Origin: a bacterium
GTDB lineage: Bacteria > Armatimonadota > Zipacnadia > Zipacnadales > UBA11051
Direction of reading: 5' to 3'
Assembly: GCA_030604405.1 (NCBI GenBank)
Contig: JAUVVY010000024.1
Coordinates: 301 to 64,300, forward strand
Length of the DNA: 64,000 nucleotides
Below are positions 18,574-27,698 of this stretch, piece after piece (position 1 is the first letter of the stretch; every line of letters begins with the position of its first letter). The notes beneath the pieces were generated by a model. That model saw only the letters and a program-made list of their open reading frames with translations. It searched no databases and had not been told where the DNA came from. Both the position numbers and the translations under genes were made by a program.

Positions 18574-19461
18574 CTATCTTTCCTTCTTGTCCTTCTTAGG
18601 TTTCTTAGGCGTGGGCTTCGCATCGTCGGGGTTTTCCACGACGATTGACTCGTCGGCATTCAGGACTACTATCCCGGGCTTGAGGCGGCATTCGACCTCG
18701 ACCTCTCCTTCGTCCACGCTCACGCGAGTGGCCGCGTAGTGGTCGCGGCCCTTGGTCTTATACACGGCAACCTGGAAGCTAGTACCGCGGACGGCAGCGA
18801 CTATCTCAGGAGTGACGACCTCGAAGCGCGACCCTGGAGTAACTGTCACGTCAATCGAGCCTTGGTTGCCTTCGGGGATCCACACTACGCTGTGAAGGCC
18901 TCCCTGCGTGGTGACAGACGTTAGTACAACAACGCTGAGGCCGTTTTGAATATCTACTCGGCTGCCGTCGGCGAAGTTGAGTACGCCACCTTCAACGAAT
19001 TCCCCGATTCCAATCTTCTGCTCGTTGTGTGTCACAGCTCCTGCCAGACCGATTTCGGTCTTGGCCTTGCCGCAGATAACTGCGGCCTTGCGGCCGTTGC
19101 TGTGCCGCGGACATCCGACCACGAATTCGGTGGCCGCCGCCGGACGATAGCGGCCCACAAAAAACGCACTATAGCTGTCCAACGAGTCATGATCGGCGGG
19201 ACACACCAAGACGCCGGCGCTGTCCACGTACGGCCCTAGCGAGGCAGGAAGCGGGGTCATTGGCGACCCGTGGTGGTCCTGGTAATAGACCTGGGCCGCA
19301 ACGGCAATCTGGTGGAGATTGGCAGTACAGCGAACTAATCTGGCTGAATCGCGAGCACCTGCAAACACGGGGAAAAGAACCGCCGCCAAGACGGCAATCA
19401 CGCCCATGCTGGCAATGAGTTCGCTGAGAGTAAAGCCACGACCGGTGTTATTTTTGCACAT
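18574..19461 (-). CDS. Prepilin-type N-terminal cleavage/methylation protein with C-terminal FecR-like domain, paralog 2
   Basis: RG|FTLSELIA...LFPVFAGARDSAR; FEVVTPEIVAAVRGTSFQV...VDEGEVEV; Lys-rich tail; colinear with paralog 1. Confidence 0.85.
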   Translation of the reverse strand: MCKNNTGRGFTLSELIASMGVIAVLAAVLFPVFAGARDSARLVRCTANLHQIAVAAQVYYQDHHGSPMTPLPASLGPYVDSAGVLVCPADHDSLDSYSAFFVGRYRPAAATEFVVGCPRHSNGRKAAVICGKAKTEIGLAGAVTHNEQKIGIGEFVEGGVLNFADGSRVDIQNGLSVVVLTSVTTQGGLHSVVWIPEGNQGSIDVTVTPGSRFEVVTPEIVAAVRGTSFQVAVYKTKGRDHYAATRVSVDEGEVEVECRLKPGIVVLNADESIVVENPDDAKPTPKKPKKDKKER

Positions 19462-19591
19462 TTAGGTGTCCCCCCGTCACCGGACTTACGATGTGGCGGT
19501 TGCTACATACGGTTTACCTCCGCGAATCTCTCACGTCTTTGCCCAGAGCCCCCTTGGTTGGCGCTGAGGCCATCATGGTACCATCAAGTTG

Positions 19592-19629
19592 CTCAATTGT
19601 TTCTCATCGTAGTCTCAAGGTATGCTCAA
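19592..19629 (-). promoter_or_regulatory. TTGAG-type direct-repeat array upstream of prepilin paralog 2
   Basis: On the + strand, CTCA(A/T) at 19592, 19603, 19614 and 19625 (exact 11-bp period). Confidence 0.5.
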
Positions 19630-19850
19630 GTCCAGAAAATGCCCGATAGCCTCGAAATACGCATTTTCGCGCAGCCTTGTCGAAGCAGGTTTGATGCCAG
19701 GCAGAAGGTGAGGCGGCGAATCAGAGCGAAAGCGACAACTGAGCATCACATCCAAATACCTTCCGCATCAATTACCGCAGTCAGCTTTGAGACCTGCAAC
19801 TGACCGTCTCTGTGCTGATGATGCGACGAAAATGGTGGTGAGAGGCAGAT

Positions 19851-20513
19851 ATGGCGCGCGAAGCAAACAAGCAGATTGCCGAGCGGGCCCGGAAGATACT
19901 GGCGGCCCTGCGTGAAGAATACGGCCCGCCCAGAACAGCTCTTCGCTACCGCGACCCCTGGGAGCTGCTGGTGGCGACGATACTTTCGGCGCAGTGTACT
20001 GACGAGCGCGTCAATCAAGTCACGCCAGGGCTTTTCGCCAGATACCCGGCAATTAAGGATTTTGCGGCGGCCGACCGGGCTGAGCTGGAGGAGTTAGTGC
20101 GGCCCGCCGGCTTCTTCCGCAACAAAGCGCGCGCCATTCACGAATCGGCACAGCAGATTATGGAGCAATTCGACGGCAAGATGCCGCAGACCATGGAGGA
20201 CTTGACCAGCTTGCGCGGCGTGGCGCGCAAGACGGCCTCGGTCGTGCTGCAGGATGCGATCAAGCCCGACGGCCCACATGACGGTGTGGTAGTGGATACG
20301 CATGTGCAGCGGCTGTCGAAGCGGATGGGGCTGGTGCCCGCGAGCTGGGACAACGCCGCTAAGACCGAGCGGCGGCTGATGGAGATCTTCCCGCAGGAGG
20401 AATGGGACCTGTCTTTCACCTTCATCGAGCACGGGCGGGCGGTCTGTGCGGCACGCAGGCCCAAGTGCGAGCAGTGCGTGGTCTATGATCTATGCCCCCG
20501 CCGCGGAGTTTGA
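19851..20513 (+). CDS. nth: Endonuclease III
   Basis: LVATILSAQCTD, HhH motif LRGVARKTA, VDTHV and Fe-S cluster motif C-x6-C-x2-C-x5-C. Confidence 0.96.
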   Translation: MAREANKQIAERARKILAALREEYGPPRTALRYRDPWELLVATILSAQCTDERVNQVTPGLFARYPAIKDFAAADRAELEELVRPAGFFRNKARAIHESAQQIMEQFDGKMPQTMEDLTSLRGVARKTASVVLQDAIKPDGPHDGVVVDTHVQRLSKRMGLVPASWDNAAKTERRLMEIFPQEEWDLSFTFIEHGRAVCAARRPKCEQCVVYDLCPRRGV

Positions 20514-20792
20514 GCACAGCGGGCCACCCCCCCACCCACTCGTCCGGAGTGGGCACTCGCCCTTCCTCACCCACACATCAGGCACGGCTACCCCGGCCAT
20601 CCCAATGATCGGCGCAAAACAGGCAGGAGCGCTTCAGATCTCTAGCTTTGACGAACGAATGTTGTCTCGGGGGAGGACTTGCTGCGCGGATGAAAGAACG
20701 TGATACCAGGTAAAAGCCTCCGTGGAGCCGTGGAAGTGAGGCAGTTCGGGGGAGTACATTTCAATGTCTCGTCCGAAAGGAGCTGAATTGCC

Positions 20793-21905
20793 TTGAAGAT
20801 AACCCATCTGGAAACGCTCCACGTTGCCCCTCGCTGGCTCTTTGTAAGAGTCCACACTGACGAGGGCCTCGTCGGCTTAGGGGAGTGCCTGGGCGATAAG
20901 GCAAGGGCAGTGGCCGGGGCGGTGGATGAATTGGCCGGGTATTTGACAGGCCAGGACCCCTTCAGGATCGAACATCACTGGCAACTCATGTACCGAGGTG
21001 CGTTCTGGCGAGGCGGCCCGATTCTCAATGCAGCGATCAGTGGCGTGGAGATCGCGCTCTGGGACATTCTGGGACAGGCGCTTGGGGTGCCCATTTATCA
21101 GTTGCTCGGCGGCAAGTGCCGCGAGCGAGTGCGCATGTATCCGCACATCAGCGGGGACACGCTGGAGGACTTGGCGGAGAGTGCTGCCTCGGCCGTGGCG
21201 CAAGGCTTCACGGCTGTGAAGTGGTGTCCTCTGCCTCCCACCAGAGCCGTGGACACTCCCAAGATGCGCCAGGAGGCTGCGGAGCAAGTCCGCGTTGTCC
21301 GGGAAGTCGTCGGGGATGAGGTTGATATCTTGATTGACATGCACGGGCGACTTTCTCCCGCTATGGCGATTCTCCTCGGCGAGAGATTCGCGGAGTACGA
21401 ACCTATGTTCCTGGAGGAGCCGTGCCTGCCGGAGAACGTTGACGCCATGGCCCGCATCGCCCGGACTCTCAGGACGCCCATTGCTACCGGCGAACGCTTA
21501 TTTACCAGGTTCGGCTTTCGAGAAGTACTGGAGAAACAGGCGGCCGCGATCGTGCAGCCAGACGTCACCACATGCGGCGGGATTATGGAACTGAAGAAGA
21601 TCGCGGCGATGGCTGAAGCACACTATGTCGCCATAGCACCTCACAATCCCTATGGTCCTGTAGCCACGGCGGCATCGCTGCACGTGGATGCTTGCGTCCC
21701 CAACTTTCTCATCCAGGAATTCGTCGCCCTGGGTGAGGGATGCCTGAAACAGCCCATAACTGTGACCGACGGGTATGCTGACATCCCCGACGGGCCGGGA
21801 CTGGGCGTCGAACTTGACGATCGGGCAGTCCGGGACAGGCCACGCCAATTGTGGGACATCCCTACGTGGTGTCACGCAGACGACGGCTCTGTGGCAGATT
21901 GGTAG
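20793..21905 (+). CDS. dgoD: Galactonate dehydratase (enolase superfamily)
   Basis: PRWLFV, FWRGGP, DMHGR, FLEEP, TGER, APHNP and DDGSVADW motifs. TTG start with AGGAG RBS. Confidence 0.85.
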   Translation: MKITHLETLHVAPRWLFVRVHTDEGLVGLGECLGDKARAVAGAVDELAGYLTGQDPFRIEHHWQLMYRGAFWRGGPILNAAISGVEIALWDILGQALGVPIYQLLGGKCRERVRMYPHISGDTLEDLAESAASAVAQGFTAVKWCPLPPTRAVDTPKMRQEAAEQVRVVREVVGDEVDILIDMHGRLSPAMAILLGERFAEYEPMFLEEPCLPENVDAMARIARTLRTPIATGERLFTRFGFREVLEKQAAAIVQPDVTTCGGIMELKKIAAMAEAHYVAIAPHNPYGPVATAASLHVDACVPNFLIQEFVALGEGCLKQPITVTDGYADIPDGPGLGVELDDRAVRDRPRQLWDIPTWCHADDGSVADW

Positions 21906-21920
21906 AAGTGGGCTCTGGCC

Positions 21921-21996
21921 CGAATAATTCACAAGCCGCGTACCTCGGCCTGCCCTGAGCTTGCCGAAGGGAGCAACGTCGAAGGGCAGCCCGAGG
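21921..21996. repeat. REP hairpin carrying nested CCCTGAGCTTG(C/T)CGAAGGG units
   Basis: CCTCGGCCTGCCCT[GAGCTTGCCGAAGG][GAGCAACGTCGA]AGGGCAGCCCGAGG, related to 2753-2837. Confidence 0.7.
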
Positions 21997-22032
21997 TCGT
22001 TCTAGCTCTTACAACACTCGCCAGGAGGCTTC

Positions 22033-24126
22033 GTGGACATGGCAGAATTGATGCTCCGCTACCAGGGATACGAGTATGTGGTCGCAGGTGAGCGACTGCA
22101 ACTGCAGAGCAATGGCACGGTGTTAGCCGAGTTCAACCTGGCCCCGCTGGTCAATGGGCAGGCCACCACTATTGAGCAATGGCATGAGACTGAGCGCCAA
22201 CACTTTTGCGCTGATCTGCAGCCTGAGGGACAGGTTCACCTGGCTGTGCGTGAAGGCTATGTCTGTTACTGGATGGAGACGTGCACTGAGCAGTTCGACA
22301 CGCTCACCTACTTCCCTCAGTCGGTCGCCACCGGCAGCGACTGGCAGACATATCTGTCCGACGAGCACGACCGGCGCTGGGACCTTGCTGTTGACACTGA
22401 GGTAGCCCTTTCCAGCGCCTATCCGCGCATGAATGTGGATGGTGCAGAAGGGGCTGGTATGTGCGATCCTGGCGACAGGCCTCCGAGCTGGATATGGAAC
22501 CTGCCGGTACGGGCCTGCAGCTTCGCCACGGACCAGGGCGACTGGCTGGGCCTCTGTGTTCCTGGCCCGCTGGCAGTGGGCGTTACGCGCCTGAAGATGG
22601 AGCAGCAGCGTTTTTCCATGACCTTCCAGATTCTGCGGCCGGCCTGCGATGAAGGTCGGATGCCGGAAGTCTATCTCGTCCCCGGATTGCCAGGCCCCTA
22701 CGACTGCCTGGAGAGCCAGCGGACGATATCCGAGGCGCGCGGCTGGGTGGTGGCCAAAAGCCCCGACCATCCCCAGTGGTGGACTCATCCCACCTTCAAG
22801 TGCTGGGATGAACTGGTTCGCCTGCAAGGCGAGGCCTTCGTCTATGATGAGCAGGGCAACGCCACCACGATCATGACCACGGACAATCTGCTCAAATGGC
22901 TCGACATGGTTGAAGAGTCTTGCGGTCTGGAGGGCCGCATCAACATCGTCATTGACCAGTACTGGTTCTACCGCTACGGCGACCGCGGCGTCATCAACGA
23001 ACTGGGTGGGCAGGCCGGACTACGCAACACGATAGACGAATTGCGTGAGCGCGGCGTTCATACCGGACTCTACCTGCATCAGTACATGGTTGATACCCTG
23101 GTTGCGTTCTACCAGGAACATCCTGAGGCCTTCTGCAAATGTAAAGACCCCGATTTCGAACTGTCACACGGCGTGCGAGTTGGTGCCGATGCGACTACGG
23201 CCTACGTTGACTGGACTCATCCGTTGGGACGGCAGTACATGCTGGATACGGTCGAATATATTCTGTCTGATGGCGACGGCTGCTTGAACGCCGACTGGCT
23301 TATGATCAATAACAACTTAGCTCCCGATCCGCGCTTGTACGATTTCCACGATCCCGACTGGGGCATCGGGGACTTGATGCAGTACAAGGTGCAGCGCGCG
23401 ATGTACACGCGAGCCAAAGAGGTCAAGCCTGACGCGCTGGTGCGCCGGCAGTCGCCGGCTGAACCGTGCTTCCAGGCATTCTGCGACAACGCGAATCTGT
23501 GCGAGCACTGGACCTCGGTAATGACGCCATCTTACCGACGCGGACGGATCGCGACACGGGTGCTGCGCGACGTAATCTTCAGCACCGACGCCTGGTTTGT
23601 GAGCCTGACCAAGGCCTACGAATACTACATGAACATGTGCGTGTGGAACGTGCCGGAGATCGAGTCGGTTGAGCATGCAATCCACCCATACATGTACTGG
23701 CGACCACTGCAGGAGAAGGACTTCCGCCGGCGCAGAGCCGGGCTGCAGGTGTACATGAACGCTCCCATCAACATCACAGATCAGTGCTGGGTGGACCTGG
23801 ACGGCGACCACCTGCTCGCCTGGCGAAAATACACCCGCGGGCCTCTGGCCGGCTTCTATGCGGCTCTGGCCCTCAGCACGCGCTGCTTCGTCACTTACAG
23901 CCCCACCCAGGCGCTGACAGCCGCCACAGAAACACGCCTGGCCGACATTCCTCTGCCTGCGAATGCGGAGATTGCGGCTGTGCAACGCGTGCTTCATTCG
24001 GGGGAGGCCCAAGCGCACGAATATGAGCTGTGCAGATGTGACCACGGCCCTGCGCTGCGCACCCAGATTCCCGACTGTGCGGGCGAAGTGGCGTATGTAC
24101 GGATTTGCTACACACTCGGAGATTAG
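22033..24126 (+). CDS. Hypothetical protein, probable glycoside hydrolase TIM barrel (clan GH-D-like)
   Basis: IVIDQYW, LRNTIDELRERGVHTGLY and YVDWTHPLGRQY resemble GH27/31/36 barrels. AGGAGG RBS. Confidence 0.55.
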   Translation: MDMAELMLRYQGYEYVVAGERLQLQSNGTVLAEFNLAPLVNGQATTIEQWHETERQHFCADLQPEGQVHLAVREGYVCYWMETCTEQFDTLTYFPQSVATGSDWQTYLSDEHDRRWDLAVDTEVALSSAYPRMNVDGAEGAGMCDPGDRPPSWIWNLPVRACSFATDQGDWLGLCVPGPLAVGVTRLKMEQQRFSMTFQILRPACDEGRMPEVYLVPGLPGPYDCLESQRTISEARGWVVAKSPDHPQWWTHPTFKCWDELVRLQGEAFVYDEQGNATTIMTTDNLLKWLDMVEESCGLEGRINIVIDQYWFYRYGDRGVINELGGQAGLRNTIDELRERGVHTGLYLHQYMVDTLVAFYQEHPEAFCKCKDPDFELSHGVRVGADATTAYVDWTHPLGRQYMLDTVEYILSDGDGCLNADWLMINNNLAPDPRLYDFHDPDWGIGDLMQYKVQRAMYTRAKEVKPDALVRRQSPAEPCFQAFCDNANLCEHWTSVMTPSYRRGRIATRVLRDVIFSTDAWFVSLTKAYEYYMNMCVWNVPEIESVEHAIHPYMYWRPLQEKDFRRRRAGLQVYMNAPINITDQCWVDLDGDHLLAWRKYTRGPLAGFYAALALSTRCFVTYSPTQALTAATETRLADIPLPANAEIAAVQRVLHSGEAQAHEYELCRCDHGPALRTQIPDCAGEVAYVRICYTLGD

Positions 24127-24204
24127 CCTGGCAAAGCGCACCAATGCTATTGCCCCGGACAGGGTGTTGGCGAAACCCACCACAGAACGAGGAGCGAGGC
24201 TAGG

Positions 24205-25317
24205 ATGAAATCGCTGTTGGATATGCCAGTTTCATGTGTAGATACGCCTGCTCTGCTGGTTGATTACGCGATACTGCAGCGCAATATCCAGCGGCTGCAG
24301 GAGGCCAGCGCTGCGGCTGAGATTGCAGTGCGCCCGCACATCAAGGCGCACAAGACCCCGCAGGTCGCCCAGATGCAGATACAAGCCGGAGCCATCGGGG
24401 TGACATGCGCCAAGCTCGGTGAGGCGGAGGCGATGGCCGCCGGCGGCATCGAAGATATCTTCATCGCCAACTGCCTGGTCGGGCCGACCAAGATGGCCCG
24501 GCTGGTGGGCCTGGCTAAGCACGTGCGGCACTTGTCTGTGGCCGTGGAGAGCATTGAATCGGCCCGGCAGATGAGCAGCGCGTTTTCCGAGGCTGACATG
24601 CAGCTCGATGTCATTATCGAAGCCAACATCGGCTCCAACCGTGCCGGAGTGGAGCCTGATGCGGCTGTAGAATTCGCAAAGGCGCTGGCCGATTTCCCGG
24701 CGCTGCAGATCAGAGGCATCATGGGGTATGTCGGCTTTGCGTACTACGGCGGCGGGCCGGAGGACTTCGCCGAATCCGCAGCCAGAGAGGCAAAGGCGCT
24801 GAGTGATGTCGCTGCTGATCTGCAGGAGGGGGGATTCGAGGTGCAGGTGATATCCGGAGGCTGCACTCCGACTGCGGGGCGCTACCAGAAGGGCTGTGGC
24901 CTGACCGAGGTGCGCTGCGGAACATACTGCCTCAATGACCACAATCAGGTTGACCTGGGCGCGTGTAGCAGGCAAGACATTGCCGCGACGGTGCTAAGCA
25001 CGGTGGTCAGTGTTCCGGCTGAAGACCGGATTATCATTGACGCCGGAACCAAGGCGCTCGACCAGGCCGTCAGCGACCTGACCGAGGGCTATGGGTGGTT
25101 GAAGGGGTACGAGGGCGGAAACGTGTACAAGATAAACGATGAGCACGGATATGTAGATAGGCGACGGCTGCAGGGCGATTTCGCGATAGGGGACAAGGTG
25201 GAGATCTACCCGCCGCGCATCTGTACCTGCCTGAACCTGTACGATTACATGTACGTCATCGAGAACGGCCAGGTGCGGGATGTCTGGCAGATTACCGCGC
25301 GCGGGGCCAATACCTGA
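24205..25317 (+). CDS. PLP-dependent alanine racemase-fold enzyme (D-threonine aldolase/DSD1 family)
   Basis: TPALLVD, RPHIKAHK, SGGCTP, DAGTKAL, DEHG and ICTCLNL motifs. Confidence 0.9.
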   Translation: MKSLLDMPVSCVDTPALLVDYAILQRNIQRLQEASAAAEIAVRPHIKAHKTPQVAQMQIQAGAIGVTCAKLGEAEAMAAGGIEDIFIANCLVGPTKMARLVGLAKHVRHLSVAVESIESARQMSSAFSEADMQLDVIIEANIGSNRAGVEPDAAVEFAKALADFPALQIRGIMGYVGFAYYGGGPEDFAESAAREAKALSDVAADLQEGGFEVQVISGGCTPTAGRYQKGCGLTEVRCGTYCLNDHNQVDLGACSRQDIAATVLSTVVSVPAEDRIIIDAGTKALDQAVSDLTEGYGWLKGYEGGNVYKINDEHGYVDRRRLQGDFAIGDKVEIYPPRICTCLNLYDYMYVIENGQVRDVWQITARGANT

Positions 25318-25347
25318 GTTGGTCGTCCTGTACCAGGACTCCTCACC

Positions 25348-25377
25348 TTGACACCTGTCAGAACTGCCCCCTATACT
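25348..25377 (+). promoter_or_regulatory. Sigma70-type promoter of the AAA-tmk-holB genes
   Basis: TTGACA-N18-TATACT. Confidence 0.55.
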
Positions 25378-25404
25378 GCTGGCGGAAGGACTGATGCTGC
25401 AGAA

Positions 25405-26937
25405 ATGACTCTGGTAGAAACGATCACCGACGATATGGAGCAACTCCTCGCCGTACTCCCTGAGCGGGTACGCGAAGAGCTGGAAGATCACCCGCGCCTG
25501 GGCGAACTGGTTGAGGTAGTAATAGATTTGGGGCGCCCCATTGAGGCGCGTTTTCCCGGCAGCTTTGAGATCCTCGGCGAGCAGCAGGCACCCCACGAAG
25601 ACATCCAGCACGTGGTGACCGGTGTCGGCGAATTTGACCGCGACAATCGTGCCGGCATCGAGCGCACCCTGCATCGCATCTCGGCGATACGCAACCGCTT
25701 GGGCGAGATCGTTGGTCTGACGTGCCGCGTCGGGCGCGCGGTATATGGCACCATAGATATCGTCAGTGACGTCATCGAATCCGGCCAGAGCGTCCTGTTT
25801 CTGGGACCGCCCGGGATTGGCAAGACCACCAGGCTGCGCGAGGTTGCCAGGGTGCTGGCCTCCGAGTTTGACAAACGGGTCGTCATCGTTGATACCAACA
25901 ACGAAATAGCCGGTGACGGCGATATCCCTCATCCGGCGATCGGACGCGCGCGGCGCATGCAGGTGCCAAACGGCTGCCAGCAACACGATATCATGATCCA
26001 GGCCGTGGAGAATCACATGCCCGAGGTTGTGGTGATTGATGAGATCGGCAACGAAGCCGAGGCCGCTGCAGCCCGCACCATCGCCGAACGCGGAGTGCAA
26101 CTGATTGCCACGGCGCACGGTAACGCGCTCGAGAACCTGATGGCGAATCCGACGCTGGCGGACCTGGTCGGGGGCATCCAGGCAGTTACGCTGGGTGATG
26201 ACGAAGCCCGCAGGCGCGGGACCCAGAAGGTTGTGCTGGAGCGCCAGGCTCCGCCGACGTTTGCGATCGCCGTGCAGCTTGAAGGGCTGCGCCGCCTGGC
26301 CATCTACCACGATGTAGCGGCCACAGTTGACCAGATCCTGCTGGGGCAGCCGGTGGCCCCTGAGATCAGGCAAAGGGACGCTGACGGCGAAGTCGAGATC
26401 GTCAAGGAAGCACAACTGGCGCCGGTGCCGGCGGATCCCCACAACCGCGAACTGGCGCGACTTCAGCGCGAGATCCAGCACGCCCAGAGCATCGCCGACC
26501 ACCAGCGGCTCTTTGTCAAGGGATTGACGCGCAGCAAGGTGGAAAGGGCCGTACGGGAGCTGCGCGCCGATGTGACGCTGGTCCACGACCCCGCGGAAGC
26601 CGACATTATCCTGGCATTACAGAATCGCGCCGCCGAAGTCTCCGCCTACAGCAGCGACCAGCGGCGAGTCATAATCGTGCGCAGCAACACCTACGCACAG
26701 ATCTACCAGGCGTTGCGTGAGATGTTCGGCACAGGGAATGGCTCGATCGAGGAGTTCGCCCTGCGCCAGGTCGAGGAAGCTATCGAAGAGGTCACGCGGA
26801 CCAATCAGGCGGTCGAACTGCTGCCGCAGAACGCCTATGTCAGGCGCTTGCAGCATGAGCTGGCCGGCAAGCACAACTTCCGCTCCGGCAGCGTCGGCAA
26901 GGAGCCCCGCCGCCGCGTGACGATATACCCGGACTGA
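25405..26937 (+). CDS. Ycf45/SpoIIIAA-like AAA ATPase with C-terminal R3H domain
   Basis: NRAGIERTLHRIS, Walker A GPPGIGKTT, VVIDEIG, ATAHG and R3H motif RRLQH...GKEPRRRV. Confidence 0.9.
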   Translation: MTLVETITDDMEQLLAVLPERVREELEDHPRLGELVEVVIDLGRPIEARFPGSFEILGEQQAPHEDIQHVVTGVGEFDRDNRAGIERTLHRISAIRNRLGEIVGLTCRVGRAVYGTIDIVSDVIESGQSVLFLGPPGIGKTTRLREVARVLASEFDKRVVIVDTNNEIAGDGDIPHPAIGRARRMQVPNGCQQHDIMIQAVENHMPEVVVIDEIGNEAEAAAARTIAERGVQLIATAHGNALENLMANPTLADLVGGIQAVTLGDDEARRRGTQKVVLERQAPPTFAIAVQLEGLRRLAIYHDVAATVDQILLGQPVAPEIRQRDADGEVEIVKEAQLAPVPADPHNRELARLQREIQHAQSIADHQRLFVKGLTRSKVERAVRELRADVTLVHDPAEADIILALQNRAAEVSAYSSDQRRVIIVRSNTYAQIYQALREMFGTGNGSIEEFALRQVEEAIEEVTRTNQAVELLPQNAYVRRLQHELAGKHNFRSGSVGKEPRRRVTIYPD

Positions 26938-27005
26938 CGGCCCTACGCGACGATTATTTGTGGATGTCCGAACATGATGAAGTATCGCGCTTAGCGAGGT
27001 ATGCG

Positions 27006-27698
27006 ATGGGTTCGCGTTTCATAGTCCTCGACGGGCCTGATGGCTGCGGAAAGACGACACAGGCGCGGCTGCTCGTCAAAGCGCTTGAGCAGGCCGGCGT
27101 CGAGGTCGTACATACCCATGAGCCCGGTGACACTCCGGTAGGCGAGAAGATACGTCAAATCCTGCTCGACCCTGACACCGGCGACATCGAGGCCTTGACC
27201 GAGACTCTGCTCTTCTGCGCCGACCGCGCCGAGCATGTGGCCACCGTCATCAAGCCGGCTCTCGAGCAGGGCAAGACCGTGGTGTGTGACCGCTTTGCCT
27301 CCGCCACGGCGGCCTATCAAGGCTACGCCGGCGGGCTCGGCTTCGAGCTAGTTGAGCAGCTCAATGCGATCGCCACCGGTGGCCTGCAGCCGGACCTGCT
27401 GATCGTGCTCGATATTGACCGCGACTCCGCACGCGAGCGTCTCAGTCGTGTCGCGCGCGGCCACGACCGTATCGAACAGAACGTGCAATTGTCGCTGACC
27501 GGCTTCGCACAGGATATCGACGATAGCGGATGGACAGACGCACGCCTCGCCCACGATCGCTTCAGCCGCCTGCGAGAAGGCTTCATCCACTATGCAGCCA
27601 TCATGCAGCACCGCGGCGTCGTAATAGACGCAAGCCAGAGCGTCGAGCAAGTCCATGAACAGGTAATGCGGAGCGTGGAAAAGGTCGCAGATCGATGA
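27006..27698 (+). CDS. tmk: Thymidylate (dTMP) kinase
   Basis: DGPDGCGKTT, HEPG, CDRF, AYQG and DRIE motifs; upstream of holB. Confidence 0.95.
   Translation: MGSRFIVLDGPDGCGKTTQARLLVKALEQAGVEVVHTHEPGDTPVGEKIRQILLDPDTGDIEALTETLLFCADRAEHVATVIKPALEQGKTVVCDRFASATAAYQGYAGGLGFELVEQLNAIATGGLQPDLLIVLDIDRDSARERLSRVARGHDRIEQNVQLSLTGFAQDIDDSGWTDARLAHDRFSRLREGFIHYAAIMQHRGVVIDASQSVEQVHEQVMRSVEKVADR

Noticed and set aside
19490..19550. c-di-GMP-I riboswitch upstream of prepilin paralog 2 (minus strand GGGCAAAGACGTGAGAGATTCGCGGAGGTAAACC)
   Set aside because: Only a loose resemblance; the GAAA loop, GACGCAAAG segment and second stem are not convincingly present. An Infernal search with the Rfam c-di-GMP-I model would settle it.
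24994..26586. Long antisense ORFs (this 530-aa ORF; also 51772-53601, 15157-16560, 3975-5090, 619-1623)
   Set aside because: Shadow frames opposite well-supported genes in GC-rich DNA, with no recognisable motifs.
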